A DNA stretch of 64,000 bases, taken from the NCBI GenBank assembly GCA_030390025.1, contig CM059431.1, positions 129,582,001 through 129,646,000 of the forward strand. The letters run 5' to 3'. The notes beneath the pieces are model-generated. The model was given only the letters and a program-made list of their open reading frames with translations, was not told where the DNA came from and made no database searches. A program made the translations under genes and the position numbers. This document shows positions 21,235 through 34,409 of the stretch, piece by piece (positions within the stretch are counted from its first letter, which is position 1; each line of letters opens with the position of its first letter). Source of the DNA: Squalus acanthias. Its lineage: Eukaryota.

Positions 21235-23105
21235 CAACATATTAGCATCTTTAACATAGAAAATTCTCCCAAGGTGCTTCACAGAAGCGTAAAGGGAAAA
21301 AAATAGATGTCAAGCCAAGGAAGCAGATATGTGAAAGGATGACCAAAAGTTTAGCCAGAGGTGGGTCTTAAGGAGGGTCTTAAAGGAAGAGAGGGAGGTA
21401 GAGATCTGGAATAGTTTGTGGAGGAAATTCCAGGACATGAGGCCTAAAAGGCTGAAAGTCCAGCCATCAATGGTGGGGCAAAGGAATGGGAGGATGCCCC
21501 AGACACCTGAATCAGAGGATCGGAGAGTTCCGGGTGAATTGTAGTGCTAGGGAGGGGTGAGATTATAAATACAAGGATGTAAATTTTATATTTGCAGCAT
21601 TGTGGGACAAAAAGCCAATTTAGGTCAGTACAGACAGGTAAAGGGCAACCAGGGACCTGATGCAGGATGGGATACAGGGAGAACAGTTATGAATGGGCTG
21701 AAGTTTGCTGAGGGCAGAGGATGGAAGGTAGGCCAGAAGAGCATTGGAATAACTGAGTCAGGAGGTGATAAAACATGGATGAGGGTTTCAGCAGCAGATG
21801 GGCCAAGGTAGGTGTGGAGGCAGATGATGTTACAGTGATGAAAATAGACAGTTTTTGTGATGAGAGAATATGGGATCGGAAGCTCAGCTCAGGATCAAAT
21901 AGGATGCAAGTAGTCTGGTTCAGCCTGAGAAAGTGGGCAGTAGGCAGGGAGTTATATGAAGTCAGTGGTGAGGATACAGGCCTGAATTTTAATGGGAAGG
22001 CAGGATGGGAGCAGGGGGACTCCGAAGCAGTCAGGAAACCCAAACTTAGCGACAGGGCCTGATTTGCGTGGGAAACCTCTGTTTCCCACCCACAGCCAGC
22101 CAGATTGAGAGGCTGGCTGGCTGCGGGGTGCGTTGTGGCACTAGTCCGCAGACATGAGGGAGGAAGGGATTGTGTGGGGACCGGGGACAGCCGGAGGAGC
22201 ACGGGGAAGGCTGGAGGAGTAGGGGGGCTTGTCGGGAATGATCAGAGGCTGGAGGAGCGGGGGGGGGGGCGGGGGGGAGGAGGACCGGGGGGAGGGGGGG
22301 CGGTGGGGGGAGGTGTTGGCAATGATCGTGGGCCAGAGCAACAGATCAGGGGCCGGAGGAGAAGGGTGGGGGTCTGGAGCATCATCGGAGGTCCAGGAGG
22401 AGCACGGGGTCCAGGAAGAGCCGGGGGGGTGGGGGTGGTGGGGGGAGCGGGAGAGGGGAGGAAGACAACATCGGAGGGCCAGAGGAGCATGGGGGGGGGG
22501 GGAACCTCATGGGCGGGAATCGGAAGCCTGGGAGGATTGGGAGGAGGATTAGAGGCCTCGTGGGGGGGTCTCTGATCGCAGGGGGGTGGTTTAGGCAGGG
22601 ATGCTGGATCCAGGAGGTAAGTGTAAAGGCAGTTACCTCCTGGATCCAGCAGTCCTCACCTTACTTTTGCTGGTGGGTTTCACGAGGCCTGTAAAACCTG
22701 ACCAGCTAAAGTTAAATTCAAAATGGAGGTTAAATCAGAGGCTTCCAACTTCATGATAATATTTAAATGGACAACCCGCCTCCCGGGAGCGGGTTGGCTG
22801 CCCGCTCCCCCGTCCCGCCTCCGTTAAAACTGGAAGTTGGCAGGTTGGAGGCGGGTTCTGGTCGGGCTTCAGATTTTTAACACTTTAACTTCCCACACGA
22901 CCCGAACCCATCCTTTTTTTTTTAGGTTAAAATTCCCCCCACAGTGTTTACGGCAGAGGCTGAAAATTAAGGCTTCAATCTTCCCAATGTTTAGCTGGAG
23001 GAAATTTCACCTCTTCCAAGATTGAATGCTGGACAAGCAGTCTGACAGCACAAAGTATATGAATCAAAAGTGGGGAGGTAGAGCTGGGTATCATCAGCGT
23101 ACGTG
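21235..23105 (-). mobile_element. L2 LINE 3' fragment, interrupted by a MITE
   Basis: Similar to the L2 at 29020-30167 (ILFDPELSFRSHI); L2-type 3' tail at the left end. Confidence 0.75.
21979..22940. mobile_element. Non-autonomous Harbinger-type element with G-rich core
   Basis: TIRs GGCCTGAATTTTAA / TTAAAATTCCCCCC; 3-bp TSD ACA on both sides; L2 sequence resumes across it. Confidence 0.8.
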
Positions 23106-23714
23106 TGAGATAGGATACAGGCAGCAGAGTACATGTGGAAACTGACCCCATATCTATATCTATGAACAAAAGGTGGTTTACTATGCTAATGTGTATCAAG
23201 TGCAGAGCTATTGGTGTTATTATGGACAGTAGCATTCCTGTTTGCTGTTGCTATTAGATAAGTGTGGATGCCCTGCAATTAAAATATGAACTTCAAAGAA
23301 TGCAAAAGACTACAGTAACCAGCAAATATCATTGAGAAAAGCAGCCATGTGGAAATTTTTAATAACAAATTCCATCTTTTTAGACCAGCTTGAAGCTGAC
23401 TTTTTTATGACCAGAGCAAACTAAAATTATTTTTGGATGTATATTTCACAGCAATCTCTCATGTAGCAAATGAAAAGGAAGTAACAATCGTCATAGTTCC
23501 TATGAATTACCTGGTTGTAAATGATAAGCAACATCTAAAAATTACTGCAGGATAGTAGACCACTCCTCATTTGAGAAAAATACAAAGACAAGTACCAATA
23601 ACAATCCACAGCGATGGTGATTTAAGTGACTCCCTTTCTATTTTCTCTGTTGCTCATTGATCTCCTGTGGCATTGCACATGGAGAGTCAAGACGAACAAT
23701 AATCTTCAGGTGAA

Positions 23715-23970
23715 GCAGTGTCATCTGCAAACTTGGGAATACAACTACCTATTCCTTCATCCAAGTCATTGATATATATGGTGAAAAGCTGAGGCCCCAG
23801 TGCAGATCACTGGAGAACACCACTTGTCACCAATCAGAAAACATTCTTTGCACCCTTACTCTCTGTCTCCTACCTCCCAACCAATTACCAATAGATGTCA
23901 CAAGGTTACCTCCAAGTCCATGCACTTTCATTTTTGCTAAATAAGCTCTTGTGCAGAACCTTATCAAATT
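23715..23970 (-). mobile_element. Old CR1 RT fragment
   Basis: Reverse strand reads VLGPQLFTIYINDLDEG..KFADD. Confidence 0.7.
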
Positions 23971-25767
23971 GAAAACAAACCTGTGCTACTTGCACTGGCT
24001 CTGAAAGATGAAAATTTTAACAGTATTAAGTCTATCAAACAGTTGATCCAGAGTTGGGAAATCCGCTAGCCAGACATCAAGACTGAAACTATTTAACATT
24101 GGTAAAAGAAAAATGTGACTTTTCTTCATTCCACGTGGCTGAGGATATCACAACAGAATGAATGTTACCAATGCAAATCAGACTTTTTAAATAGAACAGA
24201 GATGTAGCTGAATGGAAACAGAGGAGCAGCTTTGTTCTCTGTGCTTTTGAATTTTACGAGTTCTATGATGATGTGCTAGTCTTTGTACTTAGTTGAGAAG
24301 CACCATTGCAGCATCTTTGAAGATTATGCATGCTTCAAGGCATACTTAATTATGTTAATTAAGGCTGGTATATGGCTTGCAATGACTGGAGAAAAGAGGG
24401 GCCAGTTGTCAAAGTGACATCTGTAATAACTATAAATAACTATATTAGTATGCCTGCAAAACATGTGAATGATGGCTATACTCTAAACTAAAAATGACAT
24501 GTTTTCAGTTATAAAATAACACTGTACACTAGATATGTGATTGAGTATGCTACATAAACAAATATTTCATTTCTATGTATGCAAGTTATGTACTATTTTA
24601 TGTATAATGGACAAACTTGACTTTAGTCAGATATTTAAATGATCGGACATAGACTTTCCTTCTAGTCATTCCACACCTTTTTTTGGGTGACTGTATTATT
24701 TTTTGCCCAGTTTTACGCAAGGCTGTACAATCCTTGCAAAGTGTAGTTGCATGCTGTATGAAACTCAAAACATGCTTCATGCTATTTGAGGACTTCCTTC
24801 ATCAGAGCATCAACCTTTGCTTCAAAAGCAAAGCTTTCTGACTTGCACTTACCCTGCCATTTTTAGTCTTTACTGTTAGAATAATTTCCAAAAGGTAGTG
24901 GTACGTATCTGGGTCATTTCAATGTGCATTTGATTAGATGGTTGAATTCATCACTACACTGAAAAGTTTTTTAAAATGTTAGAAATTTGGCAATAAATTG
25001 ATATGTGATGTACTGTTGAAGTGCCTCTAAGAACCACCAAGAACAAAATTCAGACATATATTTTCTCCAAACTTACTGAGCTTCCCCAAAATAATTTTGG
25101 TTCTACCTGGCTATTAAAAGGGTTCATTTTTAGGTCACAATCACAGTTTGTGAGAAAATTTACATTTTATTTTATCGGATCAAAACAAACAGCAGGTAAA
25201 GAGTACACAGTTAAAAGAACCACCCCTAAAAAAAATTGGCGATGACAGGGACTGCATTTACACAGATGCATAGTATGTGAAAGCCAATATTCTATGATTC
25301 TATAATAATCAGGTCAGTGGCATTTCTTCAGAATCCTTGACGGCCAGGTTTTATTAAAGGATTTCTATACAAAGCAGATTGAACAAGAACCTCTTTACCT
25401 CAATGAGCAAGAATGTGATTGATCAAATAATAATTGATCAACCAATTAAAGCCAGTTAGGTTACCTGTGTGACCTGAATACAACTTTACCAGTGGCTGTC
25501 AAAGTCACCACCGCCCTCAACTTCTTTGCCTTTGGATCCCTCCAGGGCTCTGCTGGAGACATTTTCAGGATCTCGCAGTCAGCGACTCACAAATGTATAA
25601 GACAGGTGTCTGATGGCTTGTTTACCAGGGCCGCCAATTATGTCAACTTTGCCTGCGATGACGCCAGTCAGAAGTCGTAGGCACTTGGGTTTGCAGCTCT
25701 GGCCGGCTTCCCATAGGTGCAGGGCGTCATCGTTTGCACACATGTGGCAATTAAGGCACCTATAGAT

Positions 25768-26598
25768 AAGAACATAAGAACATAAGAAATAGGAGCAGGA
25801 ATAGGCCACTTGGCCCCTCGAGCCTGCTCCGCCATTCAATAAGTCATAGCTGATCTTGGGCTCAAAGCCACTTCCCAGCCCGCTCCCCATAACCCTTCAC
25901 TCCCTTATCTTGCAAAAACCTGTCTATCTCCAACTTAAATGTATTTAATGACCCAGCCTCCACAGCTCTCTGCGGCAGAGAATTCCACAGATTTACGACC
26001 CTCTGAGAGAAGAAATTCCTCCTCATCTCAGTTCTAAAAGGGCAACACGGTGGCATAGTGGTTAGCACTGCTGCCTCACAGCGCCAGGGACCCGGGTTCA
26101 AATCAGGCCACGGGTGACTGTCTGTGTGGAGTTTGCACATTCTCCCCGTGTCTGCATGGGTTTCCTCCGGGTGCTCCGGTTTCCTCCCACAGTCCAAAGA
26201 TGTGTGGGTTAGGTTGATTTGGCTATGATAAATTGACCCTTAGTGTTAAGGGGGATTAAATACGTGGGGTTACGGGGATAGGGTGGGATATGTGTGGCTC
26301 GATGGGCCGAAATGGCCTCTACCTGCACTGTGGGGATTCTGTGATTCTGTGAGCCTTTACTCTGAAACTATGCCCCCGAGTTCTAGATTTCCCCACGAGG
26401 GGAAACATCCTCTCTGCATCTACCCTGTCGAGCCCCCTCAGTATCTTATATGTTTCAATAAGATCACCTCTCATTCTTCTAAATTCCAATGAGTATAGGC
26501 CCAACCTGCTCAACCTTTCCTCATAAGTCAACCCCCTCATCTCTGGAATTAAGCTAGTGAATCGTCTCTAAACTGCCTCCAATGCAAGTATATCCTTG
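25768..26598 (-). mobile_element. CR1 3' fragment inserted in the Harbinger 2 transposase
   Basis: LYSLEFRRMRGDLIE, FFSQRVVNLWNSLP; (TTCTTATG)n tail; AGAT duplicated at both ends. Confidence 0.9.
26040..26352 (+). mobile_element. tRNA-derived V-SINE (HE1-type)
   Basis: A box TGGCATAGTGG, B box GGTTCAAATC, V-domain TGTGTGGAGTTTGCACATTCTCCCCGTGTCTGC..GGTTTCCTCCGGGTGCTCCGGTTTCCTCCCAC, CR1-like tail (GATTCTGT)n. Confidence 0.88.
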
Positions 26599-28884
26599 AG
26601 ATCAACCAGGAATGTTCATCAACCGCAAGGGCTTCCACTCCATCAATGTGCAGCTGGTGTGCAACCACAAAAAGATCTTTATGCAGGTGTGCGCAAGATT
26701 CCCGGGCAGCTGACATGATGGTTTCGTCCTGCAGCAGTCCACCCTCCCAGACGTCTTCACACCTAGAAGCAGAGTTACCAGCTGGGTGCTCAGAGACAAG
26801 GGATACACACTTAAAACGTGGTTGATGACACCGCTCAGAAACCCAAGGAATGAGTCCTAGGAGCGAAACAATGAATGCCGTATGGTCACCAGATGTATAA
26901 TCAAACAAGCCATCAGCATGCTGAAGATGCATTTCAGGTGCCTGGACCGATCTGGAGGTGCCCTTTAGCACGTACCAACCAGGGAATCCAGAATGGTCAT
27001 GATGTGCTGCGCTCAGCACAACATTGCCCAGCAGCGAAGTTTGGACCAGCAGGAGGAACAAAGCGCAGAGCACAGAGCCTCTTCAGAGGATTCCGAGGAG
27101 GAGGAGGAGGAAGCCGAAGGTGATACGGGCAGTGCACCACCAGCGGCGCACATTGCTGCTCGGGATGTCATAATTATTGCGAGGTTCACTTAGGTTCCAC
27201 CAGTGCACCCATCCAGGAACCACATGTTAAAGCCACTTTTGCACCCCCAATGCCACTAACACAAAGTAGTCCTGCAATCAGCCAAGCATCTCTTTCACAG
27301 ACCCCCATTGGTCACTGTAAATTCATGTCTTCCCATTCATCATCAAAAAACTGAAAAGCCCACTTGTTACCCAGCAACCAAGAATGGGCAAAACGGAAAA
27401 GTGGTGCAAAAGAACAATATTTATGTGCTTTAAATACACAACAGAAACTTAACAATTTAACAATGTCTAACACATCCATGTGCATACCCTTGTACAACTA
27501 AATATCTTTACTCTTCCTTTTCCTCGTGCTTCTGCGTAGTGGAACCCTTGTAGCTTCAGCAGAGGTAGAGGCAGGCTGCTCAGATCTCTGCTCCGACTGT
27601 TGAGTTGCTCTTGGCCGACGTCTTCTGGGTTTTGGAGCCCATGAGGGCCCCGCCAAAGACTGCACCACCTGCACCTGTGCAGGGGCAGACTCGGCCATCG
27701 AGACACAAGGCAGCATTGTCAGGTACTGGCCTGTGGGGGTGGGTGGGGGGGGGGGGAGGGGGCGGGGTGATGGTGGAGACAACGGGTGAGAAGAGGAAGC
27801 AATTGAGAAGAGGAAGCACTTCTGTGTAAGGCCCCCTCCGGTTACCTGCCTCTCCCTGCTGTTCTCTGCTCTCTTCTCCTGCAAGGAGTGAAAGAAGAGA
27901 CCAGTAATGAGTAAGAATAATGGCACGTGTTAATGCAATGGATGGAGAGCATTTGTTGAGGGTGACGATAAGGAATAGGCATGACATTGCATAGGGATGA
28001 CGGTGAGTGTCAGTGCTGGATAGATAGATGGCGATGTGGGGAAGTGCGTAGAGAGAGAGAAAGATGGGTACAGCTGCAAGGTAAGTTGGTGTGAGGAGTG
28101 ATGTGCTGGAATAGACTTGAGAAGGCAGAGTGAGGGGGTTGGGGTGATACGCACATCAGGATGTAGGGCAATGTACCCTTACTCTCACCTTTCCTGCCCT
28201 GCTTAGGGCATTGAAGCGCTTCATGCACTGGATCCAGGAGCATGGCACCATGCTCCTGCTGCTGACCTCTTCGGCAACCGCCAAACACACCTTCTTTGTC
28301 CCACCAGCAGGCTTCTACCTCCCGTTGCTAGGGAACTGTATCTCCCTCCGGGTCCTCACAGTCCCAAGCAGCACATCCACGGAGGCGTCGGTGAAGCTGA
28401 GCAGAGCCTTTGCCCATCTTGACTCCATTCCAACACTTCTTTCTCTCTCCATGACAACTCCGAATGCTTCAACTGGTATGTTTGGAGTGTCATTTTAAAT
28501 AATGGAGTTGAGATTGCATCATATGGGTCGTCATTACGGCCACTGACATTAACTGGACGGGAAACCTTGAAATCAGATGTTAATGAACAGACTGCGTTAA
28601 AAAGCCATTGACAGACGCGCTGTACATATTTCTGGATTTCCCACGTACTATCGGGCCCCCCCTCCCATCCCCACCCCACTCCCAGCACGTCTCCGCATTA
28701 AATTAGAGTCAGTATGAGGACAAATATTGCCCAATGTGTGTATGTCTATGGATTACAACAAATTGGGTGACAACGTAAAGAATTAGCAAAATGTGACCAA
28801 TAGCTTCAGAAAAACAGCTGGCACTGTCCCCAAAAAGCTCACAAACCAAAATCTGCTCTAATGATAAGCATATGACAAGTAGTA

Positions 28885-29015
28885 ACAAGAACTTGCATTT
28901 CTATAATGCCCTTAACATAGAAAGACGTTGCAAGGTGCTTCACAGAGACGTATTCAGAAACAATTGATGCCGACGAAAAGATGACCAAAAGCTTGGTCAA
29001 AGAGGTCCATTTTAA
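28885..29015 (-). mobile_element. Short L2 3' end
   Basis: Reverse complement of the L2 tail seen at 30040-30167 and 34372-34409. Confidence 0.65.
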
Positions 29016-30678
29016 GTCCTCCAACGTCTCTCCACCATCGTCCAGCTGGGTGGGCCTGGTTCCATTCTTATCTATCTAATCGTAGCCAGAAAATCACCTG
29101 CAATGGCTTCTCTTCCCACTCCCACATCGTTACCTCTGGGGTCCCTCAAGGATCTATCCTTGGCCCCCTCCTATTTCTCATCTATATGCTTCCCCTTGGC
29201 GACATCATCCGAAAACACGGCGTCAATTTCCACATGTATGCTGACGACACCCAGCTCTACCTCACCACCATTTCTCTCGACACCTCCACTGTCTCTAAAT
29301 GGACACACTGCTTATCCAACATCCAGTACTGGATGAGCAGAAATTTTCTCCAATTAAATATTGGGAAGACCAAAGCCATTGTCTTTGGGCCCCACTACAA
29401 GCCCCGATTCCATCCCTCTCCCTAGCATCTGACTGAGGCTGAACCAGACCTTGGTGTCATATTTGACCCTGAAATGAGCTTCCGATCACATATCCATGGC
29501 ATAACTAAGACTGCCTATTTCCACCTCCGTAACATTGCCCGTCTCTGCCCCTGCTTCAGCTCATTTGTTGCTGAAACCCTCATCCATGCCTTTGCTACCT
29601 GTAGACTTGACTATTCCAACAAACTCCTGGCTGGCCTCCCACATTATACCCTACGTAAACGTGAGATGATACAAAACTTGGCTGCCCGTGTCCTAACTAG
29701 CACCAAGTCCCGTTCACCCATTACCCCTGTGCTCACTGACCTACATTGGCTCCCGGTTAAGCAACGCCTCGATTTCAAAATTCTCATCCTTGTTTTCAAA
29801 TTCCTCCATGGCCTTGCCTCTCCCCATCTCTGTAATCTCCTCCAGCCCCACAATGCCCCCCCACCCCCCACCCCCCGAGATATCTGCGCTCCTCAAATTC
29901 TGCCCTCTTGAGCATCCCTGATCATAATCGCTCAACCATCGGTGGCCGTGCCTTCAGCAGCCGAGGCCCTAAGCTCTGGAACTCCCTCCCTAAACCTCTC
30001 CATCTCTCTACCTATCTTTCTTCCTTTAAGATGCCCCTTAAAACCCACCTCTTTGACCAAGCTTTTGGTCATCCGCCCTAATTTCTTATGTGGCTCGGTG
30101 TCAATTTTTTGTCTTATAATACTCCTGTGAAGCGCCTTGGGACATTTTACTACGTTAAAGACACTATGGGGTAAAAATTCACTTGGTTGCGCCTCCCGTT
30201 AGCGCCTTAAGATGGCGCTAATGGGGCGTTAAGCCGCTAACGCCCGGGCGCAGCGATGTTTGCGCCGCTCGAGAACTTAACTTGAGATTGTGCGGCGGCG
30301 CTAAAACTTACCGCTGCGACCACCTGCGCGCGCAGATTATGACGTCATTCCATGGTGCAACGCCCTTGGGGCGCCCCGGAGCGGAAATTGAGTGGCGCCC
30401 CCTGCCTTACCGCCTGGCGCTTCCAACGACCGGAAGACTGGAACGCTATCAATCGGTGTGGGGCTGGGGGGGGCGCTATTTAAAGGGGGCCTCTTCCTGT
30501 CTTTTTCTGTGGTCGACATTTATGCACCACTCGTTCTGAGAGAGAGAGAGAGATTCGGAGAGAGAGAGAGAGAGACTTCTACATTGACTCAACGCTTTGT
30601 GAGGTAGTTTTGCCTATTCATCCTAACTTTGTTGCTACTTTAGTTGCTGTACCTCATTACTTTTCTGACAAAGAGAAT

Positions 30679-31839
30679 ATGGGGGCTGCAATGATTGGGG
30701 GCGTCGTCCTGCTCCAGCTGAATCGGAGGATACCGAGACGCAGACAGAGAGTGGCAATGATGGCCAGACGGAGGAGGGCCATCAGGCACATGTACAGGAG
30801 AGCTTACCCTCCCAGGGTATATCGTGAACAGCTCTCCTACATCCATATGTCCGAGGAGCTGTGTTTGCGGAGGCTGTGATTCAGCAAGGAGGTGGTCACT
30901 GAGCTCTGCCACCTGCTGCAGCCAGATCTGCAGCCTCAGCTGAGGTCCAGGACGTCTCTGTCGGTGGCAGTGAAGGTCACAGTGGCGTTGAACTTCTACG
31001 CCACTGGCTCATTCCAAGCTGCTGTTGGGGACCTCGCCAATATCTCCCAGTTTGCGGTGCATCGCTGCATCCGGCAGGTCACCAATGCCCTCTTCAGAAG
31101 GAGACGAGACTTCATCTCTTTCCCTATGACCCCAGACAAGCAGCGTGACCGTGCTCTGGGCTTTGCGAGGGTAGCGGGCTTCCCCATGGTGCAGGGCGCC
31201 ATTGACTGCACGCATGTGGCTTTGCGTGCTCCGCGAGAGAATGCAGAGGAATTCAGGAACAGAAAGGGGTTCCATTCCTTGAATGTGCAGTTGGTCTGTG
31301 ACCACAGACAGGTGATACTCGCTGTCAATGCCCACTATCCGGGCAGCTGCCACGATGCTTTCATCCTGCGCCAGACTACTGTGGCAGAAGTTTTCGAGGC
31401 ACCGCATCAGCCAGTTGGTTGGCTTCTGGGGGACAAGGGGTACGCATTGAGCACCTGGCTGATGACACCGCTCCGTACGCCAAACACCCCTGCTGAGCTG
31501 CGGTACAATGAAAGCCATCAAGCAACCAGGAACATTATTGAGCGCACAATCGGCGTGCTGAAACAACGGTTCCGCTGTCTGGACCATTCCGGAGGAGCCC
31601 TGCAGTACTCGCCTGAGCAAGTTTCGAACTTCGTAGTGGTGTGCTGCATGTTGCACAACATGGCAATCCTCAGGACCCAGCCAATGCCACCAGGCCTTGC
31701 AGCACCACCAGAGGAGGAGGAGGAAGAGGAGGAAGAGGACGAGGACGATGATCATCAGCAGCACCAAGGCAGGAGGGCGGCCCACAATGGTCAAACTGCA
31801 AGGGCCGTCCGTCAACGACTAATAGCAAGCCGCTTCTAG
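30679..31839 (+). pseudogene. Harbinger DDE transposase with one in-frame TGA (30877-30879)
   Basis: GAIDCTHV, PGSCHD, LLGDKGY, IERTIG; RRL*FSKE consistent with CGA>TGA. Confidence 0.92.
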
Positions 31840-32132
31840 GGCCCCTGCCATTGCTACAAACACTAATCAACCCAGCACGCAACCCCTAAGCCGGCCAAGG
31901 CACCAATAATTCCAACCACCAGCCATGTATATTTTGAATACAGAAACTTATTTATTTTACAAACTCTGTGTGTGTCAATTCCTCATGACAAACTCATAGA
32001 AATAAACACAAAAAAAAGTCAATAACATAACTGGTTCTCACAACCTGGAGATAATGTCCAAAACACTAAACAAAAGTTGGACCATGAACCTCGGCCTTTA
32101 ATAAAAAAATGACCAGCATTTTGTCACACCTC

Positions 32133-34013
32133 CTACTTTTTGCCCTTCGAGGGTGATCTCCTTCCCTTGCGCACTTCCCCCCTTCTAACCCTACTGCTCC
32201 TCCGTAATGGGACCTCAGTGGCTGCAGCAAGGCTGGTGGAAGGCTGCTGCTCGTCAGACCCTGACACTGCAGATGCCCCTGAAGGACGGCCTCGACCACT
32301 TCTGGGCCTGGAGGGCCCGGCTGCAGACTGCAACAACTCTGCATGGGCGGCAGCAGTCTGTCCTACAGGCGGTGGCAAGTGCAGTGGAGAAGTGACAGTG
32401 TTGGCAGCAGGAATGCTGTCATCGTGAGAGAGGCCAGCAACTCCCTGCTCGCCCGACACACTGGCACTCCCACGGGGCAGCACTTCAGCATCCGGAGCAA
32501 TCTGCCGGAGAACAGATTGCTGGCCTGCTGCGGCGCGGTGACAGCCCCGGGGACATGTGCACGAACCATCGAGGTTGGCAGCAGTCTGTGCTCGCGTGGC
32601 CTCCATCTGAGTCTGTATGAGAGCAGTCAGAGGTGGGATCACGGCAGCCAGTGACTGAATTGCAGCACTAAGCGTTAGTGTGGCATCCGCCTGTGCTACA
32701 GCGAAGTGCTCCACACTCCTTGCCAGTGACTCAATGCATTCGGGCACCCTTCCCACTGCACCCATGAGCTCAGTGTGCATGCACACCGCCTGGGTGTTCA
32801 TTTCTGCAATCAGCCGCTCCTCCTCTGCGTCCATTGCAGTAGGAGTGTCTGGCATACTCTCCCTCTGGGGAGAAGGCCCCCGTTCTTCCCTACCCCCCCC
32901 CCCCATGGCGTTGCTGCAGCCCGCTGGGTCCTGGAGCTTCACCCTCATCAGCCCCTTCCCCCCTGCTCCCCTCCGGGGAAGGCGTGTTCCCAGTGTGGGC
33001 ATGGGCTTCCTCGGGAGAGGGTGGCACTGATGCTCTGGCTTCCTCTTCCTCCTCAGCTGCAGCATCACTCCCAGTGGCAGCTTCAGGGCCCGTCTCCTCA
33101 GCTGGTGAATCACCATCTGAAAGCAGGGAGGTACAAGAGTGGCTTTAGCGTGAGGACAGGGTGGCAGTAAGGGAGGAATAAGTGCAGCGAGTTAGCAAGT
33201 TGGATTGAAAGTGTCAAAGGCTGGTGTTGTGAGGGACAAGTGGAAGGACAGAGGACAAAAAGGTGATGACCTTACCATTGCTGTCCAGAACGGGGTCGGC
33301 GTCTCCAGTGGCGACGGGACCGATCACCCGGCTTGCCACAATCCTGTGGACGCGCTCCTCCAGATCGCTGAGGGGTTGCAGCTGAAGCCGCCCTCCACCT
33401 GTCCGTTGCTGCTGTCTCCTATTATGAGCCAGCTTAGCCTGCAAGAAAAAGGACAGCATCTGAGTAAATATACAGCCATGGTGTTGCCTGATGTGCCTCC
33501 CATAGGTGAATAGCCCTTACTGTATACAGCCATGGTCTTGCCTGATGTGCCTCCCATAGGTGAATAGCCCTTACTGTATGCAGCCATGGTCTTGCCTGAT
33601 GTGCCTCCCATAGGTGAATATCCCTTACTGTATGCAAAGTGTGGAATGTGTGTGTGTGTTTGATGAAAGGGCCATAGGTGTTGGATGAGTGTTGTGCATT
33701 GGGGTTTTAAGACCCTCTGGCCATAGAGTGAGGTTGAGATGGAGGGATGGAGAGGTATTGAGAAAAAGCCACTCACCCTGACGACCCGAGTGAGGTCGTT
33801 GAACTTTTTGCGGCATTGAGTATGGGTCCTGGGCACCATGCTCCTGGAGGAGACGCTCTGAGCCACCTCCCTCCACACTCTTCTTAACTCGCGTGGCAAA
33901 GGCCTCCTGCCACTCTCAGGGAACAGCATACATCGTCTGCGCTCCACTGCGTCAACCAGAGCATCCAAGGCCCGCTCGGTGAAGCGATGAGCGCGTTCTC
34001 TCCCCCTCTCCAT
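32133..34013 (-). pseudogene. Myb/SANT-like partner, exons 34013-33777, 33438-33276, 33116-32133; one frameshift in a G12 run (32893-32904)
   Basis: RFTERALDALVDAV..WREVA..QCRKKFNDL; canonical GT-AG with matching phases; 11 G would restore the frame. Confidence 0.85.
33471..33634. repeat. Tandem repeat, 3 x 54 bp, in Myb intron 1
   Basis: Unit TACAGCCATGGT(G/C)TTGCCTGATGTGCCTCCCATAGGTGAATAGCCCTTACTGTA starting at 33471, 33525, 33579. Confidence 0.95.
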
Positions 34014-34409
34014 GCTTGGCAGCAAAATGGATTCACAGGTCTCTCCAGGCTGAGATTCAAGGCTGCAATGAGCAGGGTGTGGCTGGGGAGCAAGTGGCCC
34101 CCCCCGCTTTAAGAAGTGTCCGGCGCCAGTGTGTCTGTGTTCCCTCGCTAACTGGCAGCAGCTGCGCTGCGCTCACGCGCTGAGTTAGCGCCTCACTCCT
34201 TGGCCTTTGCGCCTTAAGACAGGTGTGCAGTGCCTGCTTTAGCGCTCCACTCACCTCCCGGGGCGGTAAAAGTGAAGTTTCCTGTCAGTGCCAATAATTA
34301 GCGCCAGGCGCTAATATTTGCGTCCGGACGATATTTGCGCCCCAAATGGGGCGCGACCTAATTTCTACCCCTATATAAATACAAGTTGTTGTTGTTGTTG
34401 TTGTTGTTG

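Larger units (their letters stand above)
25490..28710 (+). mobile_element. Harbinger 2, 5'-truncated and degraded: transposase 25492-27192 (+), Myb remnants ~27500-28430 (-)
   Basis: [43 protein letters not shown]; convergent Myb-like remnants. Confidence 0.8.
30168..34371 (+). mobile_element. Harbinger 3, near-intact (4.2 kb)
   Basis: TIRs GGGGTAAAAATT / AATTTCTACCCC; TSD TAT; CpG-rich subterminal TTAGCGCC repeats; two convergent genes. Confidence 0.93.
29020..34409 (+). mobile_element. L2 LINE 3' part (29020-30167), tail displaced to 34372-34409 by Harbinger 3
   Basis: [35 protein letters not shown]; tail ATAAATACAA(GTT)n. Confidence 0.9.

Noticed and set aside
22105..22575. Gly/Pro-rich ORFs
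   Set aside because: Products of the G-rich MITE interior
30679..31839. Domesticated HARBI1 gene
   Set aside because: Has TIRs, TSD, a partner Myb gene, a premature stop and several paralogues in the window
33471..33634. CRISPR-like array
   Set aside because: Head-to-tail repeats with no spacers, eukaryotic context
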